DNA of 64,000 nt from Alphaproteobacteria bacterium (GCA_965202745.1 CBDBCB010000022.1:239835-303834); one strand, 5' to 3'. Positions 10,109 to 20,365 are shown, counted from the stretch's first letter. Program-made: numbers and translations. Notes: generated by a model not told the origin, from the sequence alone.

Positions 10109-11332
10109 TCACTCATCAGTGTTGGTGTTGGTTTTAATTTCCAATGACCATTCGTTGACCTTACGTTTTATCAAAGAGCCGTTCGGCTTGTGGTTCAACG
10201 CAACTTTCATTAACTGAAGAGCATCTGAGACTGACAACGGTCTCTTACTGTAAATTGCTAATGCGATATCCCGTATTAAATTTATCTCGTCCTCTGTTAA
10301 AGAACTTACTACGTCTCCATTACAATCTAAACCGAAACCCAAAACATCTTCAACAGCCCTAGATGCCTCTTCAGCAGTGATGTAATTGGCGCTTCTCGCT
10401 TTAGATTTAGGAAACTCAGTAACCGTTTCGAAATATTTTGAAAAAAACTTATTATTAACCTCCCTAAACCTAGCCCTAATCACATCTTGTTTTGAACTTA
10501 AGATCCTGCCAACCTTGAGAGAGTCGATACTATCAACCTTACTCTTAGCGGTAAGGTTGTTAATATTCACTCCTAACTTATTAGGTTTCCAGTATGAAAT
10601 TTTTCTATTTATTAATTTATAAGCGGTTGATTGTAGATAGTAGAGTGATTCATTACTTGAAATTCGTTCCATATTAAAATTTTTGAAATTAATGTCACTT
10701 GAAATCGTACTCAGAAAATCTATTCGTATATCCTGATCAATAAAGCATTTCCTATCGTATATTCTAAAATTACAGTTGCGCGCACCAAACACTTCAGACC
10801 ATTTATCTGCCATTGATAGGTAGTTATAAAGGTAAAATTCTGGGTTTATTGTATCCACATAACATTCTATGTCTTCTGAAAAATCAGACCTGAGTGCTGT
10901 TGAATACCGGGAGACAGCCATATCATACTGTTCTCGAAAATAGCAAATCACTTCCACTTCATGAAAAAATTTTGCAAGAAACACATGTAACAATTTAATA
11001 TCTTCTATTTCTCTAATACTACTACTAATATGCTCACTCGTGATCACAAAGGCATGATGTCTAATTTTTGCTTTTGAAATTTCACCAGAAAAAATTTCCA
11101 AAAATCCAGAAAAGTATTCCGACCTCTCTTGTTCGTTAGCGATTCCTTTCGTTGCAGCCCAGTAGTCCATATCCCGTTGAAAATATGCTGGCACCAAACG
11201 GTTATTGATTCCTCCTAATTTGTCAGATAGATAAACACCAATTGTGCTGAGCTCTTCTCTGTTATCGTATAGCCAATTTTGCAGAAGCGTGGTTCCGGTT
11301 TTTTCAGTACCTATATGGAGATAACACTTCAT
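10109..11332 (-). CDS. sulfotransferase-like protein (paralog 1), low-GC
   Basis: N-terminal 'HIGTEKTGTTLLQNWL' resembles the PAPS 5'-phosphosulfate-binding loop (PKTGTT-like). The region is AT-rich (9800-11340). The reading frame stays open after the TGA stop for about 77 more codons (see findings). Confidence 0.55.
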   Translation of the reverse strand: MKCYLHIGTEKTGTTLLQNWLYDNREELSTIGVYLSDKLGGINNRLVPAYFQRDMDYWAATKGIANEQERSEYFSGFLEIFSGEISKAKIRHHAFVITSEHISSSIREIEDIKLLHVFLAKFFHEVEVICYFREQYDMAVSRYSTALRSDFSEDIECYVDTINPEFYLYNYLSMADKWSEVFGARNCNFRIYDRKCFIDQDIRIDFLSTISSDINFKNFNMERISSNESLYYLQSTAYKLINRKISYWKPNKLGVNINNLTAKSKVDSIDSLKVGRILSSKQDVIRARFREVNNKFFSKYFETVTEFPKSKARSANYITAEEASRAVEDVLGFGLDCNGDVVSSLTEDEINLIRDIALAIYSKRPLSVSDALQLMKVALNHKPNGSLIKRKVNEWSLEIKTNTNTDE

Positions 11333-11676
11333 TTTCCCGGCATCCCTCTGCTAAGGAGCCCAAGAAACAACTGACAATTGGTGATTGGTCTGAGAGGTGG
11401 CATGCTATTGCCTTATTCAAGTACCGCAATTCTCACCGAAGCAAAGATTCTTTCCCACGGCGCGAGACATCATCACCGCGTGGCCCATCATAAAGCAAGG
11501 GATTTCTCTGTAGGTGTCCATCCCGGCGCAAAAAGGGACCAGTTGCCGGTGGAATATTGGGCCCCTTTCCGGGTTCAAGATTGCCCCTTGGCGCGCGTGC
11601 TCACCCCATAGCTGACGCGCCCCAAGGGGCACTGGCCGCAGGCCAGTTCTATGGGCTTTATCTCTGATTGGCTTGT

Positions 11677-12133
11677 TTAAGCTTTACGGTTTTTGCGCTG
11701 ATTGAGCCGATAGCTTTCGCCGTTCATCTCAAGGATATGGACATGGTGGGTTAGCCGATCGAGGATGGCGCCGGTGAAACGCTCTGAGCCAAAGACCTCT
11801 GTCCATTCATCGAACGGCAGGGTCGACGTAATGATGATCGACCCGCGCTCGTAGCGCTGGGCGATGACTTCGAAGAGCCATTCAGCCCCGGTCTTTGAGA
11901 GCGGCACAAAGCCAAGTTCGGCGATGATCAGCAGATCCTGGGCGGCTATCTACTGTTGATGGCGTTGAAGGCGGCGCTCGTCGGCGGCTTCAATCCTCTC
12001 ATGCCCCAAAGCGGCAGCCGTAGTGAAGCGGACCTTCATGCCCTTTTGAGGAACCACCAGTCCTAGCCCCAGGGCGACGGGGGTTTTGCCGGTTCCGCTT
12101 GGCCCGAGGGCGATATCGTAGACCTGCACGATG
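11677..12133 (-). pseudogene. istB: IS21-family IstB helper ATPase remnant (N-terminally truncated, in-frame TAG)
   Basis: Minus-strand translation gives '...IALGPSGTGKTPVALGLGLVVPQKG...RHQQ*IAAQDLLIIAELGFVPLSKTGAEWLF...YRLNQRKNRKA'. The paralog at 45286..45873 has Q at the stop position. An imperfect hairpin (14-bp arms, 1 mismatch) lies at 11585-11635 (start 'gccccttggcgcgcg'). Confidence 0.7.
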
Positions 12134-12286
12134 TGTCGTCAGCTTTCGCCATGGAAGAATTAAAGGCAACCACAGAGTTGCCATTGAGCTATGTGCGGAC
12201 AGGTACGTGATTTTTAGCCGTGGGTATTAGGCGCCGCCGCTGATATTTTCAGCCCGCGGCGGCTGTTGTATCCGAGAACTGACTGC

Positions 12287-12946
12287 TCAGTCCGCCGCGA
12301 AGCAGTAGAAGAAACCCGCGCCGCCGGTGCTGTTCAGGTTGTCCTGGCTGCAGCCGCGGGAATCATGGGCGGCGTTCCAGGAGGTGTTGCCGCCGCCGTG
12401 GCGATCATGATGGCCGACAGTGGCGCTGCCTTCGCTGTTGCTGGTCCAGCTGGAGCAGGTCTTGTCGCCTTTTTCCCAAGGGAAATAGGCGGTGCCGTCG
12501 GCTTTGGAGCCGGTCAGGATGTCGTGCTCGTTCGGTTTGTCGCCCCGGCCTTTGATCAGATTGCCGTTCTCGTCCAGCGCCGTGCGCTTCACGATGTTTG
12601 GCATGATGTGCAACTGGTCCAGATCGACCGCGATCAGCTCGCCGCGTGCGTTATACCAGGGACCGCTGCCGATGCGATCACGGGCAGAGATGCCGCGTTT
12701 CCCCTCAACCTGGGTGCTGAGGTAGGCGCGCCACGTGCGGCCGGCGGAGCCCGCCGCTTCAGCCAGCTTTGCACAATGGGCATCCGCTCCGGCGAGGCCA
12801 CCAAGATTGGCGCCATCGCCCATGCCGGTGCTAGTAACGAAAAATCCCATGGGTTGGTCTGCGGCTGAGGCTGGTGCTGCAACGGTGGACGCAATAACTG
12901 CCGCGGCAGCTAAGGCTCCAATACGGAAAAACTTGACGGGATTCAT
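12287..12946 (-). CDS. secreted hypothetical protein (signal peptide), Cys-containing C-terminal domain
   Basis: Start chosen at 'MNPVKFFRIGALAAAAVIASTVAAPASA' (signal-peptide-like). The mature part carries C...C and HH motifs. No family recognised. Confidence 0.45.
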   Translation of the reverse strand: MNPVKFFRIGALAAAAVIASTVAAPASAADQPMGFFVTSTGMGDGANLGGLAGADAHCAKLAEAAGSAGRTWRAYLSTQVEGKRGISARDRIGSGPWYNARGELIAVDLDQLHIMPNIVKRTALDENGNLIKGRGDKPNEHDILTGSKADGTAYFPWEKGDKTCSSWTSNSEGSATVGHHDRHGGGNTSWNAAHDSRGCSQDNLNSTGGAGFFYCFAAD

Positions 12947-13488
12947 GGCATTACCTCTGGTTGCACTGAGAAGTCCTAAGCATAGGCTCGGAATGCCGTG
13001 CTCAATCAATCGACATTTGTGTGATTAGCGCGGCAGCAGGAGCCTGATACGCTAATTTCCCGCTGAAGCCGAAGCCGTAGCCTTCGGCGCGGCGGCGCGG
13101 ATCAGCCCCCGAGAGCTGAACCCCTTCGCCGCATGTCCCGCAGGACACGTCGAGGATGTCGTAGCCGAGAAGGAAGGTGGCCATCACGCCACCTCGTCGA
13201 TTACGGAGCCTTCTTCGGCCAGGTAGCCGCCATAGGCTTCCCAGGAATAGTCCTTGGGGCTGACGGGAATACTGGCCAGCCTGAACGCCGACATCTGGAC
13301 GGCGTGCAGCGCCACATGCCCTGACGCCCTACTCAACCATGAGCGCGGCTATCCGCAGGAGATGGGCCCGATAGCCGCCTTCATTGACAAGGCGCTCGAC
13401 CTTCCCCCGCGAAAACCGCGAAACAGAGTTGGGTGGGGTGCGCCTCAAAGCGCACCCCGTGGCCGGCCTCCGATGCGGTAAGAGGGGC

Positions 13489-13713
13489 TTATTGCCCCTC
13501 TCCCTTTTGCTTTGGCTTGGCCTCGCGCACGACGAAGCGACCTGGCTTCATCGGGATCATCTCGACATCGAGGTTGAAGCCCTTCCTGTCCTGGTGCGCC
13601 CACGCCGCCCCGATGCGGGTCCCGTTCTGGGTGTCTCCCTCGCCCGTGACGTGGAACAGCGTGTGCGTCGGGCGGTTGCTCTTCTTCTCGGTGGTGTTAG
13701 TCTGTTTGGTCAT
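13489..13713 (-). CDS. small hypothetical protein (74 aa)
   Basis: ORF only. A hairpin plus T-tract sits nearby (13478-13510). Weak resemblance to small plasmid/ICE-associated proteins; low confidence. Confidence 0.25.
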   Translation of the reverse strand: MTKQTNTTEKKSNRPTHTLFHVTGEGDTQNGTRIGAAWAHQDRKGFNLDVEMIPMKPGRFVVREAKPKQKGEGQ

Positions 13714-13776
13714 GGTTCGTCTCCTTTTGCTTGGCGGCCGTGCCTATCGCGGCCTTGATGGGGACGATCCGACGGA

Positions 13777-14166
13777 ATGCCCGAAGACGGGCAGGCAAGG
13801 GGTAACACGGTCAAACAGAACAAGACCGGCAAGCGGCTTTGGGTGCCCATCGTGCCCGCGCTTCAGGAAGCGCTGGACGCGGCACCGCGACGGTCGCTGT
13901 TCATGCTGACGAACCACCGCGCGACCAATCGCTGGTCATATCGCGGCGCTTCACAGGCCATTCGGAAGATCAGGGAAGACATCGGGGCGCTGGAGTTCGA
14001 CATTCACAGCTGGCGCTATAACGCCGCGTGCGAACTGGTAGAAGCGGGCTGCAATGACGAACTGGTAGTCGCAGTCACCGGGCAAAGCCCAAAGGTGGTC
14101 GCACATTACACCCAGCAAATCCGCCAGCGCGTGCGGGCAATCGAAGCTCAATCACGGAGAGAGTAG
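13777..14166 (+). pseudogene. tyrosine recombinase (phage integrase) C-terminal catalytic fragment
   Basis: 'HSWRYNAACELVEAGCNDELVVAVTGQSPKVVAHYTQ' matches the HxxR...Y catalytic tail of tyrosine integrases. The N-terminal two-thirds are absent. Confidence 0.55.
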
Positions 14167-14188
14167 AAAGGTCAAGATGTAACCCCCA

Positions 14189-15184
14189 TCACATATAGCG
14201 GAGCCGTTCATCAAATGGAACGTTCTCGAATTTTTCGCAGATATCCTTTCGAAGATCCATAAGCATCTTTTGGAGTTTGGGGCTCTCTAGCCAAACGGTA
14301 TTTAAAAAATAGCTGTATTCTTTTCTGCGCTTTTCAAACAAAGGATCAGCGTTATCGTATGCAAAACTCAAATGTTCGGAAATGTGCGTTTCTACACTTT
14401 TTAGTATCTCCGAATCCCAAGAAAGTGTAAAAGTTCGTGAAAAAACCTTGCCTGATGCATCACGAGCTGTTGCCAAAATGCCGGCAATTTCGGCGACTTC
14501 AGAATTGAAGGCATTAGAACTCAATAAGGGGGTCTGTACCCCGGCCAATGCTCTCAAGGTTTCGATTTTTTCGGGAGAAAAAGACGCATTTATACTCGAT
14601 CTGGAAGTGTTGATGATGTCTTCAGCCCCTATGAACCGCGAGATGAAGTTCTCCGGAATGTTTGAGATTCGATCATAAAAGACCACTTCGACAGCGTCTG
14701 AGCCAACTGCGTTTTGCCACGCTGCGATGTGCAACGTAGGATTTAGTACGCTGTCTTTAAACGGCCGCTTCAGAATATTCGCAACGTACTCCAGAAGTGT
14801 ATACCGAAAACCGTGCTTAACCATTTCTTGCCACCGGCTATATATCCGGTCTAGTGGGTTGCGCAGATAATAAATGATGCGGACATCAAAATTTGAAAAT
14901 CTACCAAATAGTTCTTTTGCTTGCTGTTCATTAAGTCTAGAAAAATTCTCGCTCGAAATAACCAAATTATGTTGGGTTTTTTCTATTCTATGAAAAATTT
15001 GATCTAGGTTTTCTATTTTGCCAAAGGAAATCGAGTCAGCCATTTGGTGTGCTCCGCCATTTATTTCACCAATTTTTTCGTATACAAAGCCTGCCGCTTC
15101 AAGCGGCTCAGGATTGGCCGCGAGTAGTCTCTGAATTGCTGTGGTCCCAGTTTTATGTGGACCTATGTGCAAGATGAGTTTCAT
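14189..15184 (-). CDS. sulfotransferase-like protein (paralog 2), intact, low-GC
   Basis: Start is ATG (RC of 15182-15184), 'MKLILHIGPHKTGTTAIQRLL...', 331 aa. The upstream 245 aa of the 576-aa track ORF are the antisense shadow of the IS30 fragment. Confidence 0.65.
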   Translation of the reverse strand: MKLILHIGPHKTGTTAIQRLLAANPEPLEAAGFVYEKIGEINGGAHQMADSISFGKIENLDQIFHRIEKTQHNLVISSENFSRLNEQQAKELFGRFSNFDVRIIYYLRNPLDRIYSRWQEMVKHGFRYTLLEYVANILKRPFKDSVLNPTLHIAAWQNAVGSDAVEVVFYDRISNIPENFISRFIGAEDIINTSRSSINASFSPEKIETLRALAGVQTPLLSSNAFNSEVAEIAGILATARDASGKVFSRTFTLSWDSEILKSVETHISEHLSFAYDNADPLFEKRRKEYSYFLNTVWLESPKLQKMLMDLRKDICEKFENVPFDERLRYM

Positions 15185-15271
15185 TTGGAGATAGTCCTTC
15201 TTAATTCCTACGTTCGCGCGTGTCGCTAGATTCACACACCAAGTGCGCCACCTAGTATATCCGGGATCGCT

Positions 15272-15925
15272 ATGGGAACGAGATACAATCCCTTTACGCT
15301 TGAAGAACGATGTCGCCTGCGGGGGCTGATGGAAATGGACATGCCGATGACGGAGATGGCGCGGCGTCTGGGACGGCATCGGGGGACGATCCATCGGGAA
15401 CTGGCGCGCAACCGCAACGCAGACGGATAGCGACCGGATAGCGCGGACCGCAGAGCCTGGGTCAGCAAACTTCGGGGGTCGAAGATCGAGCGTTCCACCC
15501 GCTTGGGCAATCATGGGAAGGACCGTCTTGCTACGGGATGGTCCCCCGAACAGATCGCCGGGCGGATGGAACTGGACGGAGGGGATCACGTCGTCAGCAC
15601 AGAGGCTATCTATCGTCATGTCTTCAGCCGTGCCGGACGACGCGATGGCTTGCCCCAATATCGGGCTCAGCGAAAATCCAGACGAGGCCGCAGAGCCCGC
15701 AACGGAAAGCGGGAACCTGCTATCCCGAACCGTGTGTCCATCCATCAACGCCCTGTTAGCGTTGCAGAAAGGACTGAGTTCGGACACTGGGAAGGAGATC
15801 TGGTGCCCTGCCGAAACCAGCGTGACATCCTGTTGACGCTGCAAGAGAGAAGGACCCGGTTCACACTTGGCCGGCGTCTTCTGAGCCAAGGTCTCCGAAG
15901 ATACCGCTGCTGCTATCATTGCTGA
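15272..15925 (+). pseudogene. IS30-family transposase N-terminal fragment with in-frame TAG
   Basis: 'MGTRYNPFTLEERCRLRGLMEMDMPMTEMARRLGRHRGTIHRELARNRNADG*RPDSADRRAWVSKL...WSPEQIAGRMELDGG...FGHWEGDLV'. TAG at 15428-15430 is in frame with ORF 15503..15925. The fragment is truncated at about 15925 by the inverted IS256 fragment. Confidence 0.7.
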
Positions 15926-16428
15926 CCAAGTCTGCCGACCCCTTCAGCCCATAGACCTCTTCCAGAGGGGCGCGAATGGCGCGGGTCGACAGACCCGCCG
16001 CGTAAAGCCCAATGATCTTGTCGTCCATCCCGTCAATCCGGGTCTGGCCCTTCTTGATCCGCTCAGGCTCGAAACGGCCTTCCCGGTCGCGAGGGACATC
16101 AATTGGCAGCGCCCCAGCCTTGCCTTTCAACGTCTTGCGCGAAGGGCCATTGCGCCGGTTGCTTTGGTTGGCAGGCTCTTCGCCGGGTTTATAGCCAAGA
16201 TGTTCGGTTAGCTCAGCCCCCAGCATCGGCTCCATCAACGGGACCTTCCGTTCCTTCATCAGATCCTGATCGCCCAGCAAATCCTCCGGTCGTTCAACGC
16301 CGCTCAGCAGCTCGTCCAGTAGTTCCTGGGAAATCGTCATGGTCGGCATGCTCCTTCGTGAATGAAGCAGGGACTGAATTACTCACACACAGAAAATCGG
16401 ACACTCTCGAACTTAGGGTGGTTGATCT
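15861..16428 (-). mobile_element. IS256-like left end plus 162-aa transposase N-terminal fragment
   Basis: 'MPTMTISQELLDELLSGVERPEDLLG...ELTEHLGYKPGE...IDVPRDREGRFEPERIKKGQTRIDGMDDKIIGLYAAGLSTRAI' is a canonical IS256 transposase N-terminus. The terminal sequence 'gagagtgtccgattttctgtgtgtgagtaattcagtccctgcttcattcacgaaggagcatgccgaccatg' recurs at 25080-25224 and 26950-27080. Confidence 0.7.
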
Positions 16429-16489
16429 CGATAAAAATGACCGTTTATGGGAGGAGCAGGATTAGCCACCAAGAGTTGCATGTGTAGCG

Positions 16490-17014
16490 TCAAGCCACGC
16501 CCAGCCGCTTGAGACGCTCGCGCAGCCCTGCCTCGATCTCGTCTGCCGTCCGCTCGGTCTTGTTCTCGGTCTCCACGCGGTCTGTCCGCAGGGCTACAGA
16601 CTTGCCAAGCAGCTCCAGAGCCCGCACTCTCGCGCCGTCTTGGACCTTGTCAGATAGGGCTATGGCCTGTAGCTCCGACAGCACCAGATCGGCCCTAGAG
16701 AGGCTCTGCATGCGCAGTTGCGCCTGCTTTTCCCGCCAAAGCCCCTCAAGCCTTGCTGTTACCTTGTTGTGTGTTGCCAGCTCATGTGCATTACGCCAGA
16801 CCGTCGATGCAACCATATTATCGGCATCATAGGCGTGTCGGTAAGCATCGCTAAACGTCTTGCCCTCGGCGACCGCTACGGCAAATAGCTCCTGTTTGAT
16901 CGTCAGGCCGTGTGGCCCGACTACTGGCGAGCGCTGCTGACCTGGCCCTTTGGCTGGCTCTACCGGCTGCCCGTCGACCACGGCCAGCGATGGCGCGGCC
17001 TTGTTGCGCGTCAT
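16490..17014 (-). CDS. phage terminase small subunit-like protein (copy 1)
   Basis: 'GLTIKQELFAVAVAEGKTFSDAYRHAYDADNM...NAHELATHNKVTARLEGLWREKQAQ' resembles Terminase_2/TerS HTH-type N-termini. Near-identical copy at 28461..28952. Confidence 0.5.
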   Translation of the reverse strand: MTRNKAAPSLAVVDGQPVEPAKGPGQQRSPVVGPHGLTIKQELFAVAVAEGKTFSDAYRHAYDADNMVASTVWRNAHELATHNKVTARLEGLWREKQAQLRMQSLSRADLVLSELQAIALSDKVQDGARVRALELLGKSVALRTDRVETENKTERTADEIEAGLRERLKRLGVA

Positions 17015-17098
17015 CGCCGCCAGCCGCGTTTGAGCAGTGCGGGAGCGGACGCCAGGCCAGATGCCTGCGTGCCGGGCATGTCGAGACGGGCAGGGGAG

Positions 17099-17335
17099 TC
17101 AGTTGGCCAGCACCCTGTCGAGCAGCGTTATGACCACGATCCCGCCCACCATGATGCTGCCCAGCAGGATGGTCATGTCCTTTTTGAGGGCAACCATATC
17201 CTTGCGCAGGGCCTCGACCGATGTGTCGATCTTCTGGTCCAGCGCCTTCATGTCCTTTTGCAGAAGCGCAATATCGTCCTTTGTGGCCAGATTTTCGGTG
17301 ATCCCCGCCGCGTGGTGAACCGCAAGGGGTGCGCG
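17099..17335 (-). pseudogene. DUF1640-like coiled-coil membrane protein, N-terminally truncated copy
   Basis: 'ITENLATKDDIALLQKDMKALDQKIDTSVEALRKDMVALKKDMTILLGSIMVGGIVVITLLDRVLAN' corresponds to residues 35 onward of the full copy at 29070..29429. It lacks the 54-bp duplication present there. Confidence 0.5.
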
Positions 17336-18844
17336 CCAGCGCACCGAACGCTGGCCAACGCGGCATTGGGGGCGCTGCGGGGCGGGCCGCTGCCGGAGCA
17401 GGAGGCGTTGCTGGCCGCGCGGCGGGAGGTGCTTGAGGCGCTGGCGGCCCCGGATCGGCCTGCGGGATTGCCGCAGGCGCTGATCACGCGCATGGCACAG
17501 GTGTTTACGCAATCGGAAATCTGGGCGCTGACGGATGCGAACGAGGCCCTTCCCGAAAGCGTCCCGGCGCTCGGGGCGCAAACACGGACCCGGATATCGG
17601 ACTGGCTGATGGACGCGGCCAGGGCCCGGGAACCGGGCCTCCGTCCGGATTCGCCGGAGGGTGCGGCCATGGAAACAGAAAAGGAGACGCGGATGAAAGA
17701 GCCACAGGAGACACGGGACAAGACAACGATCCGTGGGGAAACAATGTCGTCGCTGTTACTCGACGATGTCAGCGAGGAGACATTCAGCGATCTGCGCAAG
17801 GGGTTCAGCTTCGAGGAAATCAGGGCATTGCGTGATCCGGAGCGGGCGTTGCCCGCAGGCCTTCCGGATATCACAGCGGACGAGAGGCGGCAGATCGCAG
17901 CCGTGCTGACTGCGGGGCCTCCGAAGCCGCAGCGGAGCGGTACGGGTGGTGGTCCGGCAGCGTTCGTGCCCGGCCCGAAATACGACGGGCGGGCCCTGCA
18001 ACTGGCCTGCGCCATCACCGAGCGGGTGGTGGCGACAGACCCGGTCCACCGGCGCGATCTGGTGTCCGACATCCGGGCACTTCTGAAGGCAGCGGATGCA
18101 ACACAGGACCTGCTGGAGACCAGGGTGCGGGAGATTACAGCCGGGCTGACAAACGCGCGGGTGGCGCTGGACACCAAACTGGCGCTGGCACATGAGGTCG
18201 TAAAGGATGATCCACGGGGTCCCGAAGCGCAGGTGCTGCAAGTTGCACCGTTTCTCGAGAGCGTCGGCGATAGGAACGAGACCCCGCGCCGCCACCCTCT
18301 GTGGCTCCATCACACAGACATCGAGAAAGCCTATGATCGTCAAGTAAGCGCGCGACTGGACGAGGCGTTCTCCAAAGTCACACTTCCGACCCAAGCGGAA
18401 AAGAGCGTGGCGCGGATTGTCGCGCTGACGAACCCGCCCGCGCAGAGCAAGGCTCTGGTGGAGGCCTTGCAGTACGTGTTCAGGGAAGGCTCCCTCAAGC
18501 CGGTGGAACACCTCATGCAGGAGCGCAAGGTATTGTTGACGGACCTCGCCGAACGGAGGGAGTGGCCGAAGAAGGTGGAAGGAGAGTTGGAACGTATATA
18601 CCGGAGCTTCACCCACCGGGAGATCCTTGCTCTGGCACAGCCTCACAAAAATTTACCAGGCACACTGCCGTCACTGAACGACACACGCCACACAGCTGTG
18701 GCGCAGGGGCTCAAGCAGGTTTCCGGGCGGATCACATTACGGAGTAACGGCTACGCGTGGGGCGCGGCCGCACAATCGCTGGAGGAAGGGCTGCATCCCG
18801 AACGCGCACGGTCCCGCGCGCGCGGCCTCGGAATGAGCTTGTAG
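17312..18844 (+). CDS. hypothetical protein with four internal 'E[IV]xAL...LPxxLP' repeats (start uncertain, 17312-17492)
   Basis: The real coding part is the C-terminal ~450-510 aa of the 644-aa ORF; the first ~135 aa are the antisense shadow of terS/DUF1640. Repeats are 'REVLEALAAPDRPAGLPQAL', 'SEIWALTDANEALPESVPAL', 'EEIRALRDPERALPAGLPDI' and 'REILALAQPHKNLPGTLPSL'. Confidence 0.4.
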   Translation: MVNRKGCAPAHRTLANAALGALRGGPLPEQEALLAARREVLEALAAPDRPAGLPQALITRMAQVFTQSEIWALTDANEALPESVPALGAQTRTRISDWLMDAARAREPGLRPDSPEGAAMETEKETRMKEPQETRDKTTIRGETMSSLLLDDVSEETFSDLRKGFSFEEIRALRDPERALPAGLPDITADERRQIAAVLTAGPPKPQRSGTGGGPAAFVPGPKYDGRALQLACAITERVVATDPVHRRDLVSDIRALLKAADATQDLLETRVREITAGLTNARVALDTKLALAHEVVKDDPRGPEAQVLQVAPFLESVGDRNETPRRHPLWLHHTDIEKAYDRQVSARLDEAFSKVTLPTQAEKSVARIVALTNPPAQSKALVEALQYVFREGSLKPVEHLMQERKVLLTDLAERREWPKKVEGELERIYRSFTHREILALAQPHKNLPGTLPSLNDTRHTAVAQGLKQVSGRITLRSNGYAWGAAAQSLEEGLHPERARSRARGLGMSL

Positions 18845-18869
18845 GGGTAGTGTCGAATTCATGCTCGCC

Positions 18870-19100
18870 TGTCGCGGCGCGCTTGCGCCGCCCTCGATAT
18901 CGATCATCACCTGACGCCGCCCAGGTCACCTCGGACCAACGGTATGGTCGAGCGGTTCAATGGCCGCATCGAAGAAGTTCTGCAGAGCCATCACTTCCGA
19001 TCCGGCGAGGAGTTGGAAACCACGCTGCTTCGCTATGTCTGGCTTTACAACCAGCAGCTGCCGCAATCAGCCCTGGGCAGCCAGGGCAATCGCGCTTCAA
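18870..19100 (+). mobile_element. IS481-like transposase 3' fragment (C-terminal 74 aa)
   Basis: 'MVERFNGRIEEVLQSHHFRSGEELETTLLRYVWLYNQQLPQSALG' is about 90% identical at the nucleotide level to 47290-47520 of the IS481-like element. Confidence 0.55.
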
Positions 19101-20197
19101 AACCTTTGGATGAGCGTTTTGAGGAAGTCATTGTTCCATCCAGCTTTTTTGAACTTGCCGCGATTTGATCCTTTTGCGGGATTGGCTTTGATGATGCTCA
19201 ATGCGATACGCCTCAAGGTAGCAAAGTTTGCGGGTGCGTGGTCTTTTCGTGCGCGGTGCTGGTCGTCGTTCATCACAACGTCGAGGGACCAATGCAAACT
19301 GTTCTCGATCTGCCAGTGTCCGCGGATCAATATGGCGGCGGCCTGAGCGGTGTGTTGTCTGGAGAACAGGTAAAGCCGCTCGGACTGGCTGGATTTGTCA
19401 CCTACTGTTCGCTTGGATACGACGTGGACAAAGGCCTTTGGATGCGGCCAGTTATGGATGTCTATGAGATACTGCGGCACATCGTAGACGCGATATGATC
19501 GCTCCTCGACGCGGCCATGATCAGCATCAATAGTTTCGTATTCATCAATGTAATCAGTGTCCTGGTCTTCCACAAAGGCCCGTACATCGGCCAGCATGTC
19601 GCCTTAGTTGCCCTTGAGTTGCAGGCAGTAATCGCCGCCCTCTTGCACGATCAATTCACAGGTCTCTCGTTGGCAATGCAGCGCGTCGGCGGTAATGGTG
19701 ATGCCGCAGATATCAAGCATCCGGATCAGTTTGCGCAGTGCCAATATCTCGCCACCACCCTTGGCGCTTTCGGCGATTCCGAGGGTCAGACGCGCGCCGT
19801 GAGCAAACGCCGTTACAATGTTCATATTCGACCGCTCGGCTGCCGCATCGAAGCTGCGCCGCATCTCCTTGCCATCGATAGCGATTGCTGGCTCATCCGC
19901 CGTCCCGGCTGCAAAGTCAGCGCGAAACTTGTCGAAAAACGCCTGAAAGCTCGTCGGCTTCATCACGCGGAACAGGCGTGAATACGCGTCATGGCAGGGA
20001 ATGCCATGGGGCAATTCGAGGAACGCGCGCAAGAAATCTTCCTTCATCTGCCCGAAAAGCTCCATGTCGACCGCCGTCTCACCGCCGCAAAGGGCACATA
20101 AAAGGCTGATCGTCATCAGATCACAGAACTTGTGGCGCGGTGCGTTGCCGTTACGTGGATCGTCCATATCATTGAAATAGCTGGTCAATGTAGGCAT
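19097..20197 (-). pseudogene. ISAs1-family transposase with in-frame TAA
   Basis: N-terminal 'DPRNGNAPRHKFCDLMTISLLCALCGGE' and C-terminal 'HWQIENSLHWSLDVVMNDDQHRARKDHAPANFATLRRIALSIIK' are ISAs1 hallmarks. '...LQLKGN*GDMLADV' places the TAA (RC of 19604-19606) in frame with ORF 19097..19597. Confidence 0.7.
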
Positions 20198-20269
20198 TTT
20201 GAGACTCCATCAAGTGATGGAACTCCAAGAATCCAAGTATCAACCGAAGTCAAACTTTAAGCGCGATTG

Positions 20270-20365
20270 CCCTGCAGGGTAGCAAGACGCCCTTGCAGGC
20301 GATAAAGGGATGGTGCAGCTCTCAAACCAGAGCTGTTCAGGAAACAGCCATATTACCTTCTGGGA
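20270..20365 (+). mobile_element. IS481-like right-end remnant (~95 bp)
   Basis: 'gcaagacgcccttgcaggcgataaagggatggtgcag...cagccatattaccttctgggatgtgac' parallels 47478-47562. Confidence 0.4.

Noticed and set aside
13384-13520. tRNA gene as integration target near the integrase fragment at 13777
   Set aside because: Hairpins are present ('gggtgcgcctcaaagcgcaccc', 'agaggggcttattgcccctct') but no cloverleaf-compatible 70-90-nt segment with T-loop GTTC(G/A)A consensus was seen. They look like terminator-like stem-loops.
14189-15919. 576-aa ORF 14189..15919 as one large protein
   Set aside because: Only the C-terminal 331 aa (from 'MKLILHIGPHKTGTT') look like a real, sulfotransferase-like protein. 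The N-terminal 245 aa are the reverse frame of the IS30 fragment.
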